Shown here piece after piece: positions 1-11,800 of a stretch of 64,000 nt of DNA. How positions within the stretch are numbered: the first letter of the stretch is position 1; each line of letters begins with the position of its first letter. A model generated the notes under the pieces. It was not told the DNA's origin. It did not search any database and was given only the letters and a program-made list of their open reading frames with translations. Source of the DNA: Balanoglossus misakiensis (lineage: Eukaryota; Animalia; Hemichordata); assembly GCA_040954595.2 (NCBI GenBank), contig CM082582.2, forward strand, positions 12,272,415 to 12,336,414, given 5' to 3'. Both the position numbers and the translations under genes were made by a program.

Positions 1-3000
1 CTTGGCATTCTTGGAGGGAAACTGGAATAACTGTTGACACCAGAAGTGTTCGCATTGATTGGACCAGGCAGTCTGCCAGTCACATTGTTGGCTGCAGGAT
101 TTGCTTGTGGACGACTCAAATTTGCAGACATTGCATTTCCTGAATCACTGGGTTGAAAATGAAGGTTGAGCGAGTCCGAATTTTTCTGGACAGATGACAT
201 TGAACTTAGTACTGGAAAATTACTGGGAAAGCTGACGGAGCTTGCCACAGGCAGTGGTGGTCTGGTACCCATTTCCGTGCTTCTAAGAGGTATATGTGGT
301 ACAAACATAGTGGTTGGTCTCTGAAACGGTTCCTGTAGTGATATAGGAGTTCCTGTAGTTTGTCCATGGTGTGGAATATTTGTGCCCAAAGAGCCAACCA
401 TTGTGTTTGTATTCCTGGGTTTATACATAGTGACAATGGGTGCAGTAGAAACAGCAGTTGTACTCTGTACAGACGTAAACTGACTGAGTGATGCAGTTGG
501 GGTTTCTTTCGTTGTTGGCTGGATTAAACTGTTGAAATCAGATCTCGTTGAGGTGGATGGTATCGAATCCTGTACTGACGATGAGACTCCTGTACTGGGT
601 CGTGCTGTAGGATGCTGACTGTTCATAGGACAGGTCATTGGCCTGTTGTGATGCACTGTGGAATGTGAGGAAACCATCTGGTTTGTATTGTTGGACATTG
701 TTTCTTGCATTACATTGTTGCTTCTGGTCATGACTGGATTGTACTCAGGCAAAGAGTTTGGGGGATTCTGTTGTCTACTATTACCGTAGCTTACTGTCTG
801 CAGGTATCTGCTGGAAGCTGCAGGAACAGTGTATGTGGTATTGCTGAGGGTTTGCTTGGCTGGCAAAGTTGCATAGGATGTAAATTGTGAAGTGAACAGT
901 CCTGTGTTTGAAGAGACGGCAGCTGTGCTGGTGTTTGATGTCGATGATGGCATGGTATTCCCACTTGTAGATTGGAGGACGGGAAAGTTTGTGGTTGGCA
1001 TGGCAGCGGGTACAGCAGTAAGTATCTGAACACCGTGACTGGGTAGCACTGGAGACACCTGGGTTGGACTCACCAGCGGTTTCAGAACTGTCTGTCCACC
1101 TGGCAAAACAGCAACCTGCACCTGATTGGTTGGTTGGACTGTGCCTATCATAATAGGGGATATAAGAGGCATGGAACTACTGCTGCTAAATCCTGAGGTT
1201 GCCACTGTTACTGGTTGCATGTTTACAGCTGCATTTCCACATATGGCAATATTCTTTCCCACTCCAAAATGTTCAGAGATGATATTCCCATCAGGTCCAG
1301 CAACCACTGTCGGTATGCCCATGGCATTTTTAAAGTTTGTGTATGCAGGGCTGTTCAACAGCAAGCTGTACTTGTATTTGCTTGGCCTTAGTCTAAGTAT
1401 ATCCTTTATATTTGGCGGTAGGTTTGCATTCACAGGGACTTTGCCGGCTGTGCTGGAAGCATTCCCTGTTCCAGACGTGCTTCCTTGAGAAGTGGGCACA
1501 TTTCCGAGTCTCTGTGGTATTGCCATCCCATTTAACACAGTTTTGGGATCTGGGCAGCTGGCAACTTTGTCCATTTCATTGTTGTTGTCCACAGGTGCGT
1601 GGCCTTGCAGTGTGCCGTTTAACATACTATTTGGACTGGTCATGGCAGTGACGTTAGAATTAGCAGCTGATACTGGCATCACAACTTGAATGCCAGTTTC
1701 TGAAGGCATGCTTGTCGCAGGGTTCAACGTGAACACTTTGGAAAGACAGCCGTCCATTTGCCCTCCCGGTTGCAATATGAAGGAGGCATTTGTAAACATC
1801 GGAAGCCCTGAGTTTAAAACCAAAGTCTTGCAATCCGAATTCATCACGTTTGTAACTGAAGCAGAGTTCTGTGTGGTGGCCCCAGATGTAGTGACCAGCT
1901 TGACTGGGACTGTTGCCATCACAACAGGCTGATGCTGATCTTTGCCAAGGACAGGTTTTGGAGCAATGGGTTTAAATTTCTTCCGACAGAAATCATCGAT
2001 GTCAGGACTGTTCAATTTGCTCCCACTGCTGCTTGTCTTTGACTTTTTGCTCTCCTGGTCCCTCTCCTCATTCTCAATGTCAAGGTCAACTTGGATGCTT
2101 CTTGTGGCAAAATCTGAAACACAAACAGAAAGACTGCCAGAATGTTCCAATGAACTCACCAAGGTTTTGAAACTCATCAAGTATTCATGGCCATGTCTCT
2201 ACATTAGCATGACTATGACAGGATATTATCTGAATGACACACATGGTGTGTAAGTAGACAGTGACTGGTATATGTTGTAAATCAGAACATGTTTTTGAGG
2301 TAATCACCATGATTATAGCATGGCAGCACCTGTCTGGGGTATTAATGGGAAATCCGCAAGGCAATAATATCATGAGTTAGCAAACATACAAACATACTGC
2401 AATCATTACTCTTTTGCCTAAGCAGATGTTTTTCTGCAACTTACATTTATATTTGATATTACATTATTTGTATTGTATGTTTACTTTGTATAAACATTTA
2501 TCTAATTTAGGCTTACTTCATGGAAAATTATGAGGGAATATATTAACCATTTCCAGAACTGTGCTGTGGACATTTTATACTGCTGGAAATTTTGTGTATT
2601 CAATCAGTTGCTTTGAAGTACAATAGTTTCAATAATGATAGCAATTTATAAATGTATTTCTTATATGACACCACATAAAAAATTCAGGAAGAAGAAACAT
2701 ACGCCATCAACTAAATTAATTAACAGGACAGAATCCTTTAAAATTTGTCAAAAAATACGCTCTGAGACTTGGAGTATTCAACGCCTACTAGTTTTCATTA
2801 AAGGAAGGGGCTGAGTACAATGTCTGATAAATATGTAAATTTATACAAACTTTCATTGACTACCGTGACAGACGGTAATTCTTTGCGAGAAGTGCTATTG
2901 AATTGAGTTTGGCCAGTTGCTGCTACCAGTTATCACTGTTTGGATAGTTTATATCACGTTATTGGAAGCCGTCAAGTACACCTAGCTTAACTTAGTTTTC

Positions 3001-3384
3001 TCGCATGTTACTTTGCAACGCCAAAATGTACAACAAAGGTTGTTTTTGACGGAAATTGCACAATTCGGTGCACACCATGTAAGTTGCATACCATCAGGTC
3101 CTTTGCAATGGAAATTCCAATACAAACAACTACCAGCTGCAGTGACCACGACTACAAAACACGTTCACAAGCCTCATGTACTGACTAACTTGACCGTCTT
3201 TGCTTTGTATTGAAATAAGCGTAAAATACTCATGCGGATACTTACTTTTACCGTTTTTGGTAAAACTATCCTCAACTTGGGACTCCTGTATCCTTTGCCC
3301 CTTTGTTGGTAGTTTTCTCTTCTTACGTTCCAAAGCATTTTGAAAGTCAGCTTGTACCGCTTTGCTGGAGACACTGTCTTCCAT
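1..3384 (-). CDS. Uncharacterised low-complexity (Ser/Thr/Pro/Val-rich) probably nuclear protein; 5' part only, continues beyond position 1
   Basis: Exon 3384-3246 reads MEDSVSSKAVQADFQNALERKKRKLPTK... and ends at a GTAAGT donor in phase 1. It joins a TTTCAG acceptor at 2113. From there one reading frame stays open for about 700 codons to the window edge (FATRSIQVDLDIENEERDQESKKSK...CRKKFKPIAPKPVL...). It is absent from the ORF track because no stop lies in the window. Basic clusters KKRK and RKKFKPIAPKP are NLS-like. Confidence 0.75.
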
Positions 3385-3736
3385 TTTTCAAAACGCTCTT
3401 TCCTTTCCTTACGGAGATGCCTTCAAAGGCAAAAAAAAGTTTTGCATGTGGTTTCTTCCACAAGTTATCGGTACGGTGTCACTGAGTGTTGTGTATGTAC
3501 ACACATACACTACAGATATTGCTGTCCTGTCGACAGATCGACCGTGATAGGCAATTGGCGACTGAAAAGAAGGGTATTCCACTAGTTTACCGCGATATTC
3601 GCGCTGTATTCTTCGCTTCTCTTCACATGTCTCAAGCTTCCCCATCCCCTTCACGCAGTGACAAAATCCTGGCGTTTCTATCCATTCCGACTTGGAACTG
3701 CGTCTCCGAGTAAACTTTTGTTGCTCGTAGTAAAAT

Positions 3737-3748
3737 CCGCCATTTTGA
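3737..3748 (-). promoter_or_regulatory. YY1-type promoter element (CAAAATGGCGG) upstream of the uncharacterised gene
   Basis: Plus strand ccgccattttg is the reverse complement of the YY1 consensus. It lies in a CpG-rich stretch between two divergent genes. The ATG inside it opens only a 21-codon frame. Confidence 0.5.
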
Positions 3749-6700
3749 ACGCATTGCATCATGGATAGTTATTAATTATTCATTATTTATACATGTAATG
3801 GGCAACAGGTGCGCATTTTCTTGTCCCTGTGATCCATATGCTGACGTTTGTCAATCAAAGAAACGCCCTCTCTTCGTTTGAAATTCGTGAATAAAAAGGT
3901 ATTTATGAATCATTTTATGTCAAATTCAGTTCATCATCAACTTATCGGCAATGAGCGCAAAAAAGGTTCAAAGTAAGGATAAGCCCTAACAATATGTAAA
4001 ACTGAAGTTTCAATCACGCCCCAAAATGATTGCTTCGTGACTTTTAAAGGTAGACATTTATGTCGTGGTGAAGATAAGCCTATACCGGAGTGAAACAACA
4101 TTTACAAAACTATTGCTAATGTTGGTTCACGAGGCCTTTTTGACAAAACGTTTAGGTAACCGTCACACTACTTGCAGGATTTCATCGCCTAAAGTTATGG
4201 AAGATGGTACTTTGCATTCCGCTTTTAGTGTCTCAAGGGTAAACATTACTGCCTTCGAACCCAGTGGATGAGTTACACGCATTTTCCAGACTATTAATGT
4301 TCCAGATTATCTGAAGATAAATCACCAAGACAGTGCTGCTTTTTTGGCAGAAAACTAGATAAAATAGCGCCCTCTTACTGTACAGCACAGCTGCAGTTTG
4401 CTTTGGACCTTTGGTGATGTGTTGTGGTTCTACGCGACACATACCGCATTATAAGCTATGATTGTACTTTATATGATGTCTAGAGGTTCATGCGACACAA
4501 ACTGGCAGCAACATTATCCCAATAAAACACGTTGCCGTCGGTACCAATCACCACAACCACAAGTACTTATAACCGAAAGCGCGAGACCAGGCGCATGTGC
4601 AGTGTACCGTACCATGGACTGTGGTCACTCCTCCTACAGGTGGTGGTTCGACTGAGGTCAGAGGGTCACACGCACCAATTGCACCAAAACAACGTACCTT
4701 ACGCCTACGGTATACGTGCATGTCATCTGCTGGCCGGATTTTGTCATTGTCGTACTGTCAGTTTGATTCCCAGCAACTACTGAAGCTACATATCGACAGC
4801 ACAGTTTAATTAGTAATAGCAGGCCAAAAGGAAGCCAGACTTCAAAGTGGTCGGACACGTTGTAGATTTGGCCCACTCTATCCCACACTTATCAACCTAT
4901 CTAACAGTCAACTTTTATACCAGGGTACTTGTAGTAGGCCAACTGTCAGCGTATTCTAACCATCACGGTAAGTCTTCACCAACATTACTTACAAGTTAAA
5001 TTTGATAAGGTTGGCACAGAAACTATGTAAAGGACAATATTGGAAATGTGGTTTTGCCATGCTGTTGGTGGAGTTTTAAGCAAAGTCTAAAGTCCACTAT
5101 CTGGGAAGAAATGTCGACAAATATTTAAGATAGTGCACGCTACGTTTGAAGGTGACCGTGGCCGTGGTAATGACCCTCACCGTGTATTTATTTTTTCATC
5201 GTAAAGTTGAAACCTTTTTTGAGGATTATTGCTTGGTTTCTGGACCATGTATGGCACAGACTTCCTCAGATTGTCTGGACAAAATGTAATCTGAATATTA
5301 TTCCATTGGTTTGCTAACTTAATTAGTCAACTTTTTAGCGGGTAGTTGACGGCATTGGACGCATCATGCATAATTCAGTATATTCATTGTTTCTAAGCCA
5401 CTTGTTTCGGGTTTATTTTATAGAGTTTTAGTTGAATTGGTGACTATCACACGGCAATCCACGGCGCATAAATGTAGGCGAGGGATTCGTCACCGCGTGA
5501 TTAAACAATCAAACCATTTTTGACCCACACCTATCTCATAACCGTCTTTTGAATAATGAATAATTGAGAACGGTTATATCACCATGATTACCGAACCATG
5601 AATATGATAGATCGTATATTTAATCACAGAAACAACAGTTACCACGTGATGCAGTCATGGCAAGACCAAGTGCATACAAAGCGACTTTCATTTAAACTTT
5701 TCTATACGTTATTCGCAGACAAAAATGCTCAGGCGTAGCCTATACCGCGCGTACTTATGAAGGGCGGACGAGTCATATCATCTGAACAAACAAATATCGA
5801 CTAACGGATGCAGATGCATCACCACAAACTTTTGTCAATTTGACATCGCGCCATGCACAACATGTCTCTCTTCAAATCAAAGATAGAACAACCACGCACA
5901 CGTCATGGTTTCGCTGGAATTTCCAAAAGCGTCCGTGGTTAAAATGTATCTACCTGTCTGAGTGAACTTCGAAATTCCAATTAAACACTCATAGCAACAA
6001 ATGATAAAATAGACATATGCTTTATCTGAGAATATGAACTTGAAGAGATATAGAATTAAGGACAGGCTATGTCAACATAGTTTTGGTGCTAGGAGATTCT
6101 GATATTACATGGCATTGCCTTTTGTCTATGAGAATTATTAAGCCAGCGTTCGACTATTTGAAAAAAAAAATGACACTTAGGCCATAAGCCTCCAGAGTTG
6201 TTTTTTGACAGTATTTTTATTATTTAATTTTAAACTGTATTTGCCGCTGTTATGTGACATCACACTGAACACTATGTAGTGGTAGTCAAGAGCTGGTACA
6301 GCTTCGTTTCCATTCACCAATGCGGGCTAACATTTAGAAGTGGCACTTCTCTTTGTATTGGTGTCCCATTTGCTGACAGTTGCCATAGTAGCAAGCATGT
6401 CGCGAAAGAAGGAAAGGACAGGCGGTGTCAGACGTATCAACGTTAAACTTTTGTAGGACTATATTACTGTAAGGTCATGGATCACGCACTCGTGGATATC
6501 CCACGTCCAGTAATCTGATCCATGATATGACGGTGGAAGTGTGAGACTATACGCTGTCTCTTAGCACTACGGGTACTCTTATGATGTCATACATCTTAGG
6601 AAGTGATGTAATATGGCATTTACTTTCAGATTCGTTACTTGGGAAAGTAAGGGGCTGGGATGACTGACTCAAGGCCACTTGCCGGAAAAGACTTGCACAG

Positions 6701-7233
6701 AGCAGAAATCACGCGTTCCTAATTAGTCTATACCAATATGGCAATATGGTGCATTGTTACAAGTGTTCAAAATAGTAAAATTATAAATTCTGCTGGTTGT
6801 CGTGGCTGCTTTTAGAATTTCAGATTTAATTATATGCCCATAGAGTGACTGAATCGCCAGGAACTTTACATATACATAGTCACGAGATTTCTTTGTTTGT
6901 TTTTTTTCTGTTTCAGAACTCTATTTTAGGATGTTGAATCACCGTGACGGATTTCTGGAATAAACCGAATGCAGCAGCAGCGCTCCATGAAACTCTACCA
7001 GCTTCCTAATTGATTGATCGATATCGTTGTCATTCTTAATTAGAACAACAGTGCAGTGGTTGTTCACTTCAATCTTCACTGGGCATTAATTGATCGACCA
7101 GGTTCAAGGTTCATATCCTAACAATTCTATGGTTTGTTGGGGATCACTTCCTCATATAGAATTTAAGCTGTCTGCTGTTACTTCATAGCACACAGAAACT
7201 GAGATTCTAAAGGTTGTACCAAGGGTCTGCACC

Positions 7234-8826
7234 ATGATTGTCAGCACGGGTGTTCGACGCGTCTTTCTGTGGTTGCTATTGGCATTGATGGTTTCGCCGA
7301 CAACTTCTCAAGGCGACTACGCCCACAATACAACAACGTTTGCGACGCAAAAACCTCCGACGACTATGGTGATGCTGACAAGATCTCTCAGCCCGGAACC
7401 ACCATTGACAATAGTAGCAGGAGATATCGCAACCATCTACTTCAATTATTCCGGAATTTTGGAGGACGATTTGATTTTGGAGGTGACAATTCGAGACACA
7501 AACATCGTGGGATTTCTTGGATCAAACTACACGACGATGCAGTTTCCCCTGGAACATTATTACTTCGATTCGATCGAGATTGATCTTGAAGCACGGTTCA
7601 TTGGCATCACCGCCATCGAAACTAAAATTGTTTTCCTCAGCGCAAGTCATCGTCTTGGAATGGAGGTAGGGGTACCGTTGGAGCCGTATGCCGTCAAAGT
7701 TCTCCGGCCGTACAACAAGTTGAACAGCGTCTACAATTACGTCCTTCTACCGCTGATCGTCCTGAACAACATCGCTCTAGGCGCTAAAGTTGAAGTGAAA
7801 GACATGTGGGGCAAGATCAAGAAACCCTTGAACATGACCGTCGGGGCTTTCTGTCAATTTGTCCTTATGCCCTTGATTACGTTCACGCTGGCTTTCCTGT
7901 TTCAATTTGATTCGTACACCGCTATCGGTTTGCTTACAGTTGGCTGTGTGCCCGGCGATCGCTTGAGCACAATTCTGACATCTGTGATTGACGCTGATTT
8001 GGAGCTGAGTATGGCCATGACTGTCATCTTCGCAATCTTGGCTCTGGGGATAACTCCTTTGAACATGTATGTTTACTCTCGCCCTTTTGTCAATCGATCC
8101 AGCCTTCCCATCCATATCTCCATCCCCTTTATGCAGATGTTTCTACAGATTCTCGCACTGGTGGTCCCGCTCACGCTCGGTCTTCTGATCAGCTGGAAGG
8201 TGTCTTGGCTCAAGAAAGTTTTACTGAAGATTCTGAAACTGTTATCAGTCACGTGTATGATCACCACACTGGTTCTCAACATGCTTACAAACAGGTACGT
8301 GTTTGCATCGCCGCCAAATCTGATCCTATGTGCATTCTTGGTCCCATTCCTGGGGTTCAACCTGGCTTATCTACTGGCGCGGATTCTGCGTTTGAGATAC
8401 ATCCCGGCCAAGACCATCGGCGCGGAGACGGGCATCCAGAACAACATCCTAGCAACGGCCATCCTGCGGCTGTCCTACCCCCAGCCGGAAGCCGATCTTC
8501 TCTCTCGGGCGTCGATTCTGGCCATCGTGGCGTCCATGGCGGACGCGTTGGTGTGGATTGTCGTGCACTACATCAGGACTTTCGTGAAGAAAAGGTTGCA
8601 GAAACGAAAACAGAAGAAGAAGAAAGTGCACGTCGGCGAGGACGAACCCACAATGGCGCCGATTGCATCGGACGACGAAGACTCGGACGCTGAAGACTTC
8701 TACACAGTCAGCGACATCGATGAAGATGAGGCAAATTACAATCGTCATCACAGAACGAAGAAAATAGACAATAGGAATGATGGTAAAGAGAAGCAATATG
8801 AAGAGATGAGAGAATCAAACATCTGA
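7234..8826 (+). CDS. Sodium/bile acid cotransporter family protein (SLC10A3/SLC10A5-type, long lumenal N-terminus), intronless CDS
   Basis: 530-aa ORF with Kozak-like accATG and a signal peptide. It has an extracellular region with N-glycosylation sequons and SBF-domain motifs (GAFCQFVLMP, GCVPG, DADLELSMAMT, TIGAETGIQN), several TM helices and a basic-then-acidic tail. A probable 5'UTR intron runs 4968-6916 (GTAAGT ... polyT-TTTCAG). Confidence 0.9.
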   Translation: MIVSTGVRRVFLWLLLALMVSPTTSQGDYAHNTTTFATQKPPTTMVMLTRSLSPEPPLTIVAGDIATIYFNYSGILEDDLILEVTIRDTNIVGFLGSNYTTMQFPLEHYYFDSIEIDLEARFIGITAIETKIVFLSASHRLGMEVGVPLEPYAVKVLRPYNKLNSVYNYVLLPLIVLNNIALGAKVEVKDMWGKIKKPLNMTVGAFCQFVLMPLITFTLAFLFQFDSYTAIGLLTVGCVPGDRLSTILTSVIDADLELSMAMTVIFAILALGITPLNMYVYSRPFVNRSSLPIHISIPFMQMFLQILALVVPLTLGLLISWKVSWLKKVLLKILKLLSVTCMITTLVLNMLTNRYVFASPPNLILCAFLVPFLGFNLAYLLARILRLRYIPAKTIGAETGIQNNILATAILRLSYPQPEADLLSRASILAIVASMADALVWIVVHYIRTFVKKRLQKRKQKKKKVHVGEDEPTMAPIASDDEDSDAEDFYTVSDIDEDEANYNRHHRTKKIDNRNDGKEKQYEEMRESNI

Positions 8827-11800
8827 AGCATTCCTTAAGATTGTAGTAACACTGATCACTGAGGAACTCCGTCTTTGCTAGTGGTCTTTTTAGGTTTATT
8901 AGGATGTTCACGGCAAGCTTTGGTTGTTGTAGTTATTTTTGGTTCAGTCAGACATCTCCATCATAACCTGGCAGTTTTGTCCGAAATATAATGTTCCATT
9001 TTCTTAAACTCTGTCACAGCTGGCTCTGTGATGTATTAACCTGGCAAGTTATGTTACTTAGACTTAGATTTAGAAGTTACTTGTTTTCACAAACTTAGAA
9101 GTAATAATTTCAATGTAAAACCGACTAATCACAATTCACTGTTTAAACGCATTAATCGGACACAGTATTTCTATTTTACAATCAGCTTTATCAAACGATA
9201 ACAAATTTGGTGGAGTACCCAATCTCTAGGTTTATATTTGTACCCAAAAGTATTTTTTTGTAATGGGAGTTTTCAGTATTGAGCGATTGTTTATTCCCAC
9301 GGCGAAATATACATAATTTATTTTTAATTTTACTTTGGAATCTCTGATAACGTTTCTGAATAAAATGATAGTATATAAGCGAAACCAGTGACCAACTTTT
9401 CATTTCGTGAGAGGGCGTTGACTAAAGGATAATTATGCGGCTTACAGCCCGTCGCAACATCTGTGATCTTTGTATGCTAAACAACTTCTCAATCACATCA
9501 ACCAATCAAAAGCTTCACAAAATGCGCCTGGTGAATGGCACGATTCTATTGGATAGTTTTCAGCCAGCGTGTTTGTCAGATCGTCAATTGAGGTACCACG
9601 TTTCCATCATTCGGAACTCAGTCTTTGACATGCAATCTTTGACCTGGCTGAAAATAGTGACGAGAACGACATGTTCACTACCCAGAGGAATTCGCGACAC
9701 TGAAGTGAAAGTGAAGGTCATGACTGTGGTGATATGGACTGGATTTTTTCAAGATTTTGGAAACCATCGCTCATGGAAAGTGACTTGACGAATATCGAGG
9801 GTGCCATTTTCTCCTGGCTTCCAGCCCCCATTGCGCACATCCTCTACTGTAAGTAACAGTTTTCTGCCTTTTTGCCCTAAATTTGTAAATGTAAGGTTTT
9901 GATTAGGAATTGTCGATTGTACGTTGGCAAGGTAAGTCAGCCAGGTACCCGAAGGAAGTTCTGGTACGTCGAAAAATCGAGTGGTTGTGAGGGAATGTTA
10001 TCATGCCAGAGTAGAAGTCAGTGAATCAGACGATAGAGGGCGACCTGAACACCTCGAAAATAGTAATCTTCAGGTCATGTAATATCGTTTCAGATTATCT
10101 GAGTATTATTGAGATTGGGGAAAACAGAGTCGTGTGTACATTTAAACCGTTCTATAATTTGTTTGCACATGTAAATAGTTTAGGTATTGCGTGATTTAAA
10201 ATGGCAATTTGGCCATTTTTTTCAAGAAACATGTCTCCGCGGTGAAAAAAAACGTGGCCGATCATCAACCTTTCTTTCTAAAATGATGATGACACTGTTA
10301 CATCTTCTCTTTGTAGGGAAATGTGAGTACAAAGATTAGATGGGGTTTCGTTAAGGTTAAATTTATCTGATCGTTTTAATGATGATGCCAATGTAAAATG
10401 CACGAGTTCGTCAAATTCTCACGTCGAATGTGTGACCTTCACTTCACTTCACTAAATTAATATTCTACCCGGTTTAGCAGTCTCTTCCACATCGACGCAC
10501 TTCAATTTTGTCTGCATCACAAAATCTGACATGTCTAATCTGGCCGAACGGTACGTTTACGCTGGTAAAATTCCCGGATGTATTCTGAAATCAGGTTCCA
10601 AATTGAAATAGTCATCTCAGGAATACAGCGAGTATTAGAAACGTCATGTAAAATTTATGCTAAACATCACCTGTCCGTATAATCGCTGTTTCGCACGGGT
10701 CGTGTCAAATAAATTAAGTGCAAACCACCGAGTCAAAGAGAGTCCCACCAAAATACCAAATTCGCAATTTTTTTTTACCAAAGAAATCCCAGATCACGTG
10801 ATTCGGCCCCATGAGATGTCATGATACGAGAAACATAAATGGACAAGCCATTCAAAACTTGATTAACGGAGAGCTGTGTCTTCCTCCTTCGATAATTACT
10901 CAGCACTACAGGACAATTAATCTTAATGTGAACGCAGTTATATTTAACAATGGTGTTTAAATTACAACGGCTTGTCTGATCATAAATAATCGATTTTGGT
11001 CCTGAATTTGTTTGCATTTCAACAAAAGCCCCAAATCCGTTAATGGAAACAAATATATATCTTCTAATGAGTATTCTAAGCACAGACATTTCATGTTAAT
11101 TTCATAAGGTAATGCAATGAAATATTAATTAATATGTCATATTTTAACAACTAGCGTGACACATTTTGACAAATCTCATAAATAAAATATCATTAATTTT
11201 TAGCGACTTTTGCACTTTACTTTAAATGTTTACTCAAACCGTATTCAAACATGAAAGTGTAAAACTGTCAGGAAATGATTTCAAAATATCGTAAATCTCG
11301 ATCGTTGTCCCAACAGTATCAATTATTTCCGTGTCATCAAAGTTTGGCGTTTTATTTTCAGTTAGGTAACATCGAATATATTACACTATGATATAATATT
11401 TTCTATGTAGTAAGTCTCCCTATTGATATAGTGTCTATGTTTGTAAGCATACTGAAATTTTAATGGGATTCCTTCTGGCCAAGGGATATGCAGTTACTCA
11501 CACAAGGTATTTAGTGAATTCTCATGTTTACAACACGATCTCACGGGACACTGGACGAGATCCCGAATAATTTGATTCTATCACTGTAACATCGTTGGCA
11601 TGGCAACATCATGGAGCAAAATTGTCTGCCGGGTCTAGCCTACTAAGTGCGTAAAACGATATTCCTGTTTTGTGTTCCATAATAACGTGCTGAGAATAAC
11701 ACCTCTGCACGTGCGATATTTGCAGAGTTCGCCTTTGATATACTAGTTTATACAACTGGGACCTCACGACCACTCCCTCAGGTAGCTATCAAGCCATAAA

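Noticed and set aside
705-2253. Chain of plus-strand ORFs (1126-2253 and others)
   Set aside because: They are antisense shadows of the long minus-strand exon 1-2113.
3409-3762. 117-aa minus-strand ORF upstream of the left-edge gene
   Set aside because: No recognisable domain; it overlaps the promoter/5'UTR and is not needed for the spliced model.
5481-5505. CACCGCGTG resembling antisense miR-124
   Set aside because: The seed is mismatched and no precursor hairpin is visible.
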